Assembly (NCBI GenBank): GCA_964016885.1
Contig: OZ024760.1
Span: 34,720,001 to 34,784,000, forward strand
Reading direction: 5' to 3'
Length of the DNA stretch: 64,000 bases
Origin: Eledone cirrhosa
Taxonomy: Eukaryota
Positions 14,274-25,699 of the stretch are shown here, in pieces. Each line of letters opens with the position of its first letter. The first letter of the stretch is position 1. Below the pieces are notes generated by a model, which worked only from the letters and a program-made list of their open reading frames with translations, searched no databases and was not told the DNA's origin. The position numbers and the translations under genes were made by a program.

Positions 14274-15737
14274 TGTTTTGTCTGCTTGATATTACAAGGG
14301 TTATATCTACACCGTTTTGTCTGGGTTATATTAAAAGGCTTATATCTACACTGTTTTGTCTGGTTGATATTAAAAGGGGTATATCTACACTGTTTTGTCT
14401 GGGTTATATTAAAGGGGTTATATATACACTGTTTTATCTGGGTTATATTAAAAGGGTTATATCTACACTATTTTGTCTGGGTTTTATTAAAAGTGTTATA
14501 TCTACTCTGTTTTGTCTGGTTGATATTAAAAGGGTTATATCTACACTGTTTTGTGTGGGTTATATTAAAAGAGTTATATCTACACTGTTTTGTCTGGTTG
14601 ATATTAAAAGGGTTATATCTACACTGTTTTGTCTGGGTTATATTAAAAGGGTTATATCTACAGCTTTGTCTAGGTTATATTAAAAGGGTTATATCTACAC
14701 TGTTTTTGTCTGGGTTATATCAAAAGGGTTATATCTACACTGTTTTGTGTGGGTTATATCAAAAGGGTTATATCTACACTGTTTTGTCTGGGTTATATTA
14801 AAAGGGTTATATCTACACTGTTTTGTCTGGTTGATATTAATAGGGTGATATCTACACTGTTTTGTCCCGGTTGATATTAAAAGGGTTATATCTACACTGT
14901 TTTTGTCTGGGTTATATTAAAAGTGTTATATGTACACTGTTTTGTCCGGGTTGATATTCAAAGTGTTATATCTATACTGTTTTTATTTGGTTTATATTAA
15001 AAGGGTTATAGCTACACTGCTTTGTCCTAGTTGATATTAAAAGGGTTTTATCTACACTGTTTTGTCTGGGTTATATTAAAAGGGTTATATCTACACTGTT
15101 TTGTCTGGGTTATATTAAAAGGGTTATATCTACACTGTTTTGTATCGGTTATATTATAAGGGTTATAGCTACACTGTTTTGTCTGGTTGATATTAAAAGG
15201 GTTATATCTACACTGTTTTGTCTGGGTTATATTAAAAGGGTTATATCTACACTGTTTTGTCTGGGTTATATCTACACTGGTTTGTCCTGGTTGATATTAA
15301 AACGGTTATATCTACACTGTTTGGTCTGGGTTATATTAAAAGGGTTATATCTACACTGTTTTGTCCTGGTTGATATTAAAAGGGTTATATCTACACTGTT
15401 TTGCCTGGGTTATATTAAAAGGGTTATATCTACATGTTTTGTCTGGTTGATATTAAAAGGGTTATATCTACACTGTTTTGTCTGGGTTATATTAAAAGGG
15501 TTATATCTACACTGGTTTGTCCTGGTTGATATTAAAACGGTTATATCTACACTGTTTTGTCTGGGTTATATTTAAAGGGTTATATCTACACCGTTTTGTG
15601 TGGGTTATATTAAAAGGGTTATATCTACATTGTTTTGTCTGGGCTATATTAAAAGGGTTATATCTACAGTTTTGTCTGGGTTATATTAAAAGGGTTATAT
15701 CTACACTGTTTTTGTCTGGGTTATATTAAAAGTGTTA

Positions 15738-15918
15738 ATATAGCGATGCAGTATCAGTAGAGTCGGACACCATGCTTTGAAGCATAGAGTTACGTCCCTT
15801 TATGAAGTGAGTTCAAATTCCGCCCTGGTTAACTTTGCCTTTCATCCTTACGGGGTCGATAAAATAAAGTACCAGTAATGTACTGGCTAATTGCTGGCCT
15901 TGTGCCAAAAGTAGAAAC
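15738..15918 (+). mobile_element. SINE-like element, copy 4 (haplotype A)
   Basis: As copy 2 at offset 5495, with GCGATG instead of GCGGTG. Confidence 0.85.
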
Positions 15919-18900
15919 TGTTTTGTCTGCTTGATATTACAAGGGTTATATCTACACCGTTTTGTCTGGGTTATATTAAAAGGCTTATATCTACACTGTT
16001 TTGTCTGGTTGATATTAAAAGGGGTATATCTACACTGTTTTGTCTGGGTTATATTAAAGGGGTTATATATACACTGTTTTATCTGGGTTATATTAAAAGG
16101 GTTATATCTACACTATTTTGTCTGGGTTTTATTAAAAGTGTTATATCTACTCTGTTTTGTCTGGTTGATATTAAAAGGGGTATATCTACACTGTTTTGTC
16201 CTGGTTGATATTAAAAGGGTTATATCTACACTGTTTTGTCTGGTTGATATTAAAAGAGTTATATCTATACTGTTTTATCTGGGTTATATTAAAAGGGTTA
16301 TATCTACAGCTTTGTCTAGGTTATATTAAAAGGGTTATATCTACACTGTTTTTGTCTGGGTTATATCAAAAGGGTTATATCTACACTGTTTTGTGTGGGT
16401 TATATCAAAAGGGTTATATCTACACTGTTTTGTGTGGGTTATATTAAAAGGGTTATATCTACACTGTTTTGTCTGGGTTATATTAAAAGGGTTATATCTA
16501 CACTGTTTTGTCTGGTTGATATTAATAGGGTTATATCTACACTGTTTTGTCCCGGTTGATATTAAAAGGGTTATATCTACACTGTTTTTGTCTGGGTTAT
16601 ATTAAAAGTGTTATATCTACACTGTTTTGTCCTGGTTGATATTCAAAGTGTTATATCTATACTGTTTTTATTTGGGTTATATTAAAAGGGTTATAGCTAC
16701 ACTGCTTTGTCCTAGTTGATATTAAAAGGGTTTTATCTACACTGTTTTGTCTGGGTTATATTAAAAGGGTTATATCTACACTGTTTTGTCTGGGTTATAT
16801 TAAAAGGGTTATATCTACACTGTTTTGTATCGGTTATATTATAAGGGTTATAGCTACACTGTTTTGTCTGGTTGATATTAAAAGGGTTATATCTACACTG
16901 TTTTGTCTGGGTTATATTAAAAGGGTTATATCTACACTGTTTTGTCTGGGTTATATTAAAAGGGTTATATCTACACTGGTTTGTCCTGGTTGATATTAAA
17001 ACGGTTATATCTACACTGTTTTGTCTGGGTTATATTAAAAGGGTTATATCTATACTGTTTTGTCCTGGTTGATATTAAAAGGGTTATATCTACACCGTTT
17101 TTGTCTGGGTTATATTGAAAGTGTTATATCTACACTGTTTTGGCTGGTTGATATTAAAAGGGCTATACCTACACTGTTTTGTCTGGGTTATATCTACACT
17201 GTTTTGTCTGGTTGATATTAAAAGGGTTATATCTACACTGTTTTTGTCTGGGTTATATTAAAAGGGTTATATCTACACTGTTTTGTCCTGGTTGATATTC
17301 AAAGGGTTATATCTACACTGTTTTGTCAGGGTTATATCTACACTGTTTTGTCTGGGTTATATTAAAAGGGTTATATCTACACTGATTTGTCCTGGTTGAT
17401 ATTAAAACGGTTATATCTACACTGTTTTGTCTGGGTTATATTAAAAGGGTTATATCTACACTGATTTGTCCTGGTTGATATTAAAACGGTTATATCTACA
17501 CTGTTTTGTCTGGGTTATATTAAAAGGGTTATATCTACACTGTTTTGTCTGGGTTATATTAAAAGGCTTATATCTACACTGTGTTGTCTGGGTTATATTA
17601 AAAGGGTTATATCTACACTGTTTTATCTGCATTATATTAAAAGGGTTATATCTACACTGTTTTGTCTGGGTTATATTAAAAGTGTTATATCTACACTGTT
17701 TTGTCTAGTTGATATTAAAAGGGTTATATCTACACTGTTTTGTCTGGACTATATTATAAGGGTTATATCTATACGGTTTTGTCCTGGTTGATATTAAAAG
17801 GGTTATATCTACACTGTTTTGTCTGGTTGATATTAAAAGGGTTATATCTACACTCTTTTGTCTGGGTTATATTAATAGGGTTATATCAACACTGATTCAT
17901 CTGGGTTATATTAAAAGGGTTATATCTATACGGTTTTGTCCTGGTTGATATTAAAAGGGTTATATCTACACTGTTTTTGTCTGGGTTATATTAAAAGGGT
18001 TATATCAACACTGATTCGTCTGGGTTATATTAAAAGGGTTATATCTATACGGTTTTGTGTGGTTGATATTAAAAGAGTTATATCTATACTGTTTTGTCTG
18101 GGTTATATTAAAAGGGTTATATCTACACTGCTTTGTCTGGTTGGATATTAAAAGGGTTATATCTACACTGTTTTGTCCTGGTTGATATTAAAAGGATTAT
18201 ATCTACACTGTTTTTGTCTTGGTTATATTAAAAGGGTTATATCTACACTGTTTTGTCTGGGATATATTAAAAGGGCTATACCTACACTGTTTTGTCTGGG
18301 TTATATCAAAAGGGTTATATCTACACTGTTTTGTCTGGTTGATATTAAAAGGGTTATATCTACACTGTTTTTGTCTGGGTTATATTAAAAGGGTTATATC
18401 TACACTGTTTTGTCCTGGTTGATATTAAAAGGGTTATATCTACACTGTTTTGTCAGGGTTATATCTACACTGTTTTGTCTGGGTTATATTAAAAGGGTTA
18501 TATCTACACTGGTTTGTCCTGGTTGATTTTATAACGTTTATATCTACACTGTTTTGTCTGGGTTATATTAAAAGGCTTATATCTACACTGTGTTGTCTGG
18601 GTTATATTAAAAGGGTTATATCTACACTGTTTTATCTACATTATATTAAAAGGGTTATATCTACACTGTTTTTTCTGGGTTATATTAAAAGTGTTATATC
18701 TACACTGTTTTGTCTAGTTGATATTAAAAGGGTTATATCTACACTGTTTTGTCCTGGTTGATATTAAAAGGGTTATATCTACACTGTTTTGTCTGGACTA
18801 TATTATAAGGGTTATATCTATACGGTTTTGTCCTGGTTGATATTAAAAGGGTTATATCTACACTGTTTTGTCTGGTTGATATTAAAAGGGTTATATCTAC

Positions 18901-20519
18901 ACTGTTTTGTCTGGGTTATATTAATAGGATTATATCAACACTGATTCACCTGGGTTATATTAAAAGGGTTATATCTATATGGTTTTGTCCTGGTTGATAT
19001 TAAAAGGGTTAGTTCTACACTGTTTTGTCTGGGTTATATTAAAAGGGTTATATCTACACTGCTTTGTCTGGTTGGATATTAAAAGGGTTATATCTACACT
19101 GTTTTGTCCTGGTTGATATTAAAAGGGTTATATCTACACTGTTTTTGTCTTGGTTATATTAAAAGGGTTATATCTACACTGTTTTGTATGGGTTATATTA
19201 AAAGGGTTATATCTACACTGTTTTGTCTGGGATATATTAAAAGGGTTATATCTACACTGTTTTGTCTGGGTTATATTGAAAGGGTTATATCTACACTGTT
19301 TGTCTGGTTGATATTAAAAGGGTTATACCTACACTGTTTTGTCTGGGTTATATCAAAAGGGTTATATCTATACTGTTTTGTCTGGTTGGTATTAAAAGGG
19401 TTATATCTACACTGTTTGGTCTGGGTTATATTTAAAGGGTTATATCTACACTGTTTTGTCCTGGTTGATATTAAAAGGGTTATATCTACACTGTTTTGTC
19501 TGGGTTATATTAAAAGGGTTATATCTACACTGTTTTGTCTGGTTGATATTAAAAGGGGTATATCTACACTGTTTTGTCCTGGTTGATATTAAAAGGGTTA
19601 TATCTACACTGTTTTGTCTGGGTTATATTAAAAGGGTTATATCTATACGGTTTTGTCCTGGTTGATATTAAAAGGGTTATATCTACACTGTTTTTGTCTG
19701 GGTTATATTAAAAGAGTTATATCTACACTGTTTTGTCTGGTTGATATTAAAAGAGTTATATCTATACTGTTTTATCTGGGTTATATTAAAAGGGTTATAT
19801 CTACAGCTTTGTCTAGGTTATATTAAAAGGGTTATATCTACACTGTTTTTGTCTGGGTTATATCAAAAGGGTTATATCTACACTGTTTTGTGTGGGTTAT
19901 ATCAAAAGGGTTATATCTACACTGTTTTGTGTGGGTTATATTAAAAGGGTTATATCTACACTGTTTTGTCTGGGTTATATTAAAAGGGTTATATCTACAC
20001 TGTTTTGTCTGGTTGATATTAATAGGGTTATATCTACACTGTTTTGTCCCGGTTGATATTAAAAGGGTTATATCTGCACTGTTTTTGTCTGGGTTATATT
20101 AAAAGGGTTATAGCTACACTGCTTTGTCCTGGTTGATATTAAAAGGGTTTTATCTACACTGTTTTGTCTGGATTATATCTACACTGTTTTGTCTGGGTTA
20201 TATTAAAAGGGTTATATCTACACTGTTTTGTATCGGTTATATTATAAGGGTTATAGCTACACTGTTTTGTCTGGTTGATATTAAAAGGGTTATATCTACA
20301 CTGTTTTGTCTGGGTTATATTAAAAGGGTTATATCTATACTGTTTTGTCCTGGTTGATATTAAAAGGGTTATATCTACAGTTTTGTCTAGGTTATATTAA
20401 AAGGGTTATATCTACACTGCTTTGTCTGGTTGGATATTAAAAGGGTTATATCTACACTGTTTTGTCCTGGTTGATATTAAAAGGATTATATCTACACTGT
20501 TTTTGTCTTGGTTATATTA

Positions 20520-23460
20520 AAAGGGTTATATCTACACTGTTTTGTATGGGTTATATTAAAAGGGTTATATCTACACTGTTTTGTCTGGGACATATTAAAA
20601 GGGCTATACCTACACTGTTTTGTCTGGGTTATATCAAAAGGGTTATATCTACACTGTTTTGTCTGGTTGATATTAAAAGGGTTATATCTACACTGTTTTT
20701 GTCTGGGTTATATTAAAAGGGTTATATCTACACTGTTTTGTCCTGGTTGATATTCAAAGGGTTATATCTACACTGTTTTGTCAGGGTTATATCTACACTG
20801 TTTTGTCTGGGTTATATTAAAAGGGTTATATCTACACTGGTTTGTCCTGGTTGATATTATAACGGTTATATCTACACTGTTTTGTCTGGGTTATATTAAA
20901 AGGCTTATATCTACACTGTTTTTTCTGGGTTATATTAAAAGGTTTATATCTACACTGTTTTATCTGCATTATATTAAAAGGGTTATATCTACACTGTTTT
21001 GTCTGGGTTATATTAAAAGTGTTATATCTACACTGTTTTGTTTAGTTGATATTAAAAGGGTTATATCTACACTGTTTTGTCCTGGTTGATATTAAAAGGG
21101 TTATATCTACACTGTTTTGTCTGGACTATATTATAAGGGTTATATCTATACGGTTTTGTCCTGGTTGATATTAAAAGGGTTATATCTACACTGTTTTGTC
21201 TGGTTGATATTAAAAGGGTTATATCTACACTGTTTTGTCTGGGTTATATTAATAGGGTTATATCAACACTGATTCACCTGGGTTATATTAAAAGGGTTAT
21301 ATCTATACGGTTTTGTCCTGGTTGATATTAAAAGGGTTATATCTACACTATTTTTGTCTGGGTTATATTAAAAGGGTTATATCAACACTGATTCGTCTGG
21401 GTTATATTAAAAGGGTTATATCTATACGGTTTTGTCCTGGTTGATATTAAAAGGGTTATATCTACATTGTTTTTGTCTGGGTTATATTAAAAGGGTTATA
21501 TCTACACTGTTTTGTCTGGTTGATATTAAAAGAGTTATATCTATACTGTTTTGTCTGGGTTATATTAAAAGGGTTATATCTACACTGCTTTGTCTGGTTG
21601 GATATTAAAAGGGTTATATCTACACTGTTTTGTCACGGATATATTAAAAGGGTTATGTCTACACTGTTTTGTCTGGGTTATATTGAAAGGGTTATATCTA
21701 CACTGTTTTGTCTGGTTGATATTAAAAGGGTTATACCTACACTGTTTTGTCTGGGTTATATCAAAAGGGTTATATCAATACTGTTTTGTCTGGTTGGTAT
21801 TAAAAGGGTTATATCTACACTGTTTGGTCTGGGTTATATTTAAAGGGTTATATCTACACTGTTTTGTCCTGGTTGATATTAAAAGGGTTATATCTACACT
21901 GTTTTGTCTGGGTTATATTAAAAGGGTTATATCTACACTGTTTTGTCTGGTTGATATTAAAAGGGTTATATCTACACTGTTTTGTGTGGGTTATATTAAA
22001 AGGGTTATATCTACACTGTTTTGTATGGGTTATATTAAAAGGGTTATATCTACACTGTTTTGTCTGGGACATATTAAAAGGGGTATACCTACACTGTTTT
22101 GTCTGGGTTATATCAAAAGGGTTATATCTACACTGTTTTGTCTGGTTGATATTAAAAGGGTTATATCTACACTGTTTTTGTCTGGGTTATATTAAAAGGG
22201 TTATATCTACACTGTTTTATCCTGGTTGATATTCAAAGGGTTATATCTACACTGTTTTGTCAGGGTTATATCTACACTGTTTTGTCTGGGTTATATTAAA
22301 AGGGTTATATCTACACTGGTTTGTCCTGGTTGATATTATAACGGTTATATCTACACTGTTTTGTCTGGGTTATATTAAAAGGCTTATATCTACACTGTGT
22401 TGTCTGGGTTATATTAAAAGGGTTATATCTACACTGTTTTATCTGCATTATATTAAAAGGGTTATATCTACACTGTTTTGTCTGGGTTATATTAAAAGTG
22501 TTATATCTACATTGTTTTGTTTAGTTGATATTAAAAGGGTTATATCTACACTGTTTTGTCCTGGTTGATATTAAAAGGGTTATATCTACACTGTTTTGTC
22601 TGGACTATATTATAAGGGTTATATCTATACGGTTTTGTCCTGGTTGATATTAAAAGGGTTATATCTACACTGTTTTGTCTGGTTGATATTAAAAGGGTTA
22701 TATCTACACTGTTTTGTCTGGGTTATATTAATAGGGTTATATCAACACTGATTCACCTGGGTTATATTAAAAGGGTTATATCTATACGGTTTTGTCCTGG
22801 TTGATATTAAAAGGGTTATATCTACACTATTTTTGTCTAGGTTATATTAAAAGGGTTATATCAACACTGATTCGTCTGGGTTATATTAAAAGGGTTATAT
22901 CTATACGGTTTTGTCCTGGTTGATATTAAAAGGGTTATATCTACATTGTTTTTGTCTGGGTTATATTAAAAGGGTTATATCTACACTGTTTTGTCTGGTT
23001 GATATTAAAAGAGTTATATCTATACTGTTTTGTCTGGGTTATATTAAAAGGGTTATATCTACACTGCTTTGTCTGGTTGGATATTAAAAGGGTTATATCT
23101 ACACTGTTTTGTCTGGGATATATTAAAAGGGTTATGTCTACACTGTTTTGTCTGGGTTATATTGAAAGGGTTATATCTACACTGTTTTGTCTGGTTGATA
23201 TTAAAAGGGTTATACCTACACTGTTTTGTCTGGGTTATATCAAAAGGGTTATATCAATACTGTTTTGTCTGGTTGGTATTAAAAGGGTTATATCTACACT
23301 GTTTGGTCTGGGTTATATTTAAAGGGTTATATCTACACTGTTTTGTCCTGGTTGATATTAAAAGGGTTATATCTACACTGTTTTGTCTGGGTTATATTAA
23401 AAGGGTTATATCTACACTGTTTTGTCTGGTTGATATTAAAAGGGTTATATCTACACTGTT
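20520..23460 (+). repeat. Tandem higher-order repeat, 2 x 1479 bp; a third dispersed copy lies 7949 bp upstream (about 12330-13980)
   Basis: ORF pairs 20778/22257 and 21520/22999; 12513/20462 and 13571/21520; boundaries approximate. Confidence 0.85.
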
Positions 23461-24889
23461 TTGTTTGGGTTATATTAAAAGGGTTATATCTACACTGTTT
23501 TGTCTGGGTTATATTAAAAGGGTTATATCTACACTGTTTTGTCTGGTTGATATTAAAAGGGTTATATCTACACTGTTTTGTCCCAGTTGATATTAAAAGG
23601 GTTATATCTACACTGTTTTTGTCTGGGTTATATTAAAAGGGTTATATCTACACTGTTTTGTCTGGTTGATATTCAAAGGCTTATATCTATACTGTTTTTA
23701 TTTGGGTTATATTAAAAGGGTTATAGCTACACTGCTTTGTCCTGGTTGATATTAAAAGGGTTATATCTACACTGTTTTGTCTGGGTTATATTAAAAGGGT
23801 TATATCTACACTGTTTTGTCTGGGTTATATTAAAAGGGTTATATCTACACTGTTTTGTCTGGGTTATATTAAAAGGGTTATATCTACACTGTTTTGTCTG
23901 CTGAAATATTAAAAGGGTTATATCTACACTGTTTTGTCTGGGTTTTATTAAAAGGGTTATATCTACACTGTTTTGTCTGGGTTATATTAAAAGGGTTATA
24001 TCTACACTGGTTTGTCCTGGTTGATATTAAAACGGTTATATCTACACTATTTTGTCTGGGTTATATTAAAAGGGTTATATCTATACTGTTTTGTCCTGGT
24101 TGATATTAAAAGGGTTATATCTACACTGTTTTTGTCTGGGTTATATTGAAAGGGTTATATCTACACTGTTTTGGCTGGTTGATATTAAAAGGGTTATACC
24201 TACACTGTTTTGTCTGGGTTATATCAAAATGGTTATATCTACACTGTTTTGTCTGGTTGATATTAAAAGGGTTATATCTACACTGTTTTTGTCTGGGTTA
24301 TATTAAAAGGGTTATATCTACACTGTTTTGTCCTGGTTGATATTCAAAGGGTTATATCTACACTGTTTTGTCAGGGTTATATCTACACTGTTTTGTCTGG
24401 GTTATATTAAAAGGGTTATATCTACACTGGTTTGTCCTGGTTGATATTAAAAGGGTTATATCAACACTGATTCGTCTGGGTTATATTAAAAGGGTTATAT
24501 CTACACTGTTTTTGTCTGGGTTATATTAAAAGGGTTATATCTACACTGTTTTGTCTGGTTGATATTAAAAGAGTTATATCTATACTGTTTTGTCTGGTTT
24601 ATATTAAAAGGGTTATATCTACAGTTTTGTCTAGGTTATATTAAAAGGGTTATATCTACACTGCTTTGTCTAGTTGGATATTAAAAGGGTTATATCTACA
24701 CTGTTTTGTCCTGGTTGATATTAAAAGGGTTATATCTACACTGTTTTTGTCTGGGTTATATTAAAAGGGTTATATCTACACTGTTTTGTATGGGTTATAT
24801 TAAAAGGGTTATATCTACACTGTTTTGTCTGGGATATATTAAAAGGGTTATATCTACACTGTTTTGTCTGGGTTATATTAAAAGGGTTA

Positions 24890-25076
24890 ATATAGCGGTG
24901 CATTAGCAGTATCAGTAGAGTCGGACACCATGCTTTGAAGCATAGAGTTACGTCCCTTTATGAAGTGAGTTCAAATTCCGCCCCGGTTAACTTTGCCTTT
25001 CATCCTTACGGGGTCGATAAAATAAAGTACCAGTAATCTACTGGCTAATTGTTGGCCTTGTGCCAAAAGTAGAAAC
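24890..25076 (+). mobile_element. SINE-like element, copy 5 (haplotype B, full length, perfect 18-bp flanking duplication)
   Basis: GCGGTGCATTAGCAGTATC 5' end; TAATCTACTGG and AATTGTTGGCC diagnostic changes; flanked by GTTATATTAAAAGGGTTA at 24872-24889 and 25078-25095. Confidence 0.87.
24969..24979 (+). promoter_or_regulatory. Pol III type-2 B-box-like motif (shown for copy 5; present in all 17 copies)
   Basis: GTTCAAATTCC resembles the tRNA B box (GTTCRANNC). An A-box-like TAGCAGTATCAGTAG lies about 65 bp upstream. Confidence 0.65.
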
Positions 25077-25106
25077 AGTTATATTAAAAGGGTTATATCT
25101 AGACTG

Positions 25107-25110
25107 TTTT
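25107..25110 (+). terminator. Candidate Pol III terminator (first T4 run downstream of SINE copy 5; an equivalent follows every copy)
   Basis: The SINE body has only T3 runs. The first TTTT is in the adjoining satellite monomer (GACTGTTTTG). Confidence 0.35.
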
Positions 25111-25699
25111 GTCTGGTTGATATTACAAGGGTTATATCTACACTGTGTTGTCTGGTTATATTAAAAGGCTTATATCTACACTGTGTTGTCTGGTGAAACA
25201 TTAAAAGGGTTATATCTACACTGTTTTGTCTGGTTGATATTAAAAGGGGTATATCTACACTGTTTTGTCTGGGTTATATTAAAAGGGTTATATCTACACT
25301 GTTTTGTCTGGTTGATATTAAAAGGGTTATATCTACACTGTTTTGTGTGGGTTATATTAAAAGGGTTATATCTACACTGTTTTGTCTGGGTTATATTAAA
25401 AGGGTTATATCTACACTGTTTTGTGTGGGTTATATTAAAAGGGTTATATCTACACTGTTTTGTCTGGGTTATATCAAAAGGGTTATATCTATACTGTTTT
25501 GTCTGGTTGGTATTAAAAGGGTTATATCTACACTGTTTGGTCTGGGTTATATCTACACTGTTTTGTCCTGGTTGATATTAAAAGGGTTATATCTACACTG
25601 TTTTGTCTGGGTTATATTAAAAGGGTTATATCTACACTGTTTTGTCTGGTTGATATTAAAAGGGTTATATCTACACTGTTTTGTCCCAGTTGATATTAA

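Noticed and set aside
24890-24990. Functional tRNA gene
   Set aside because: A/B-box-like motifs are present, but I could not fold an acceptor stem or cloverleaf, and the sequence continues into a SINE-type core.
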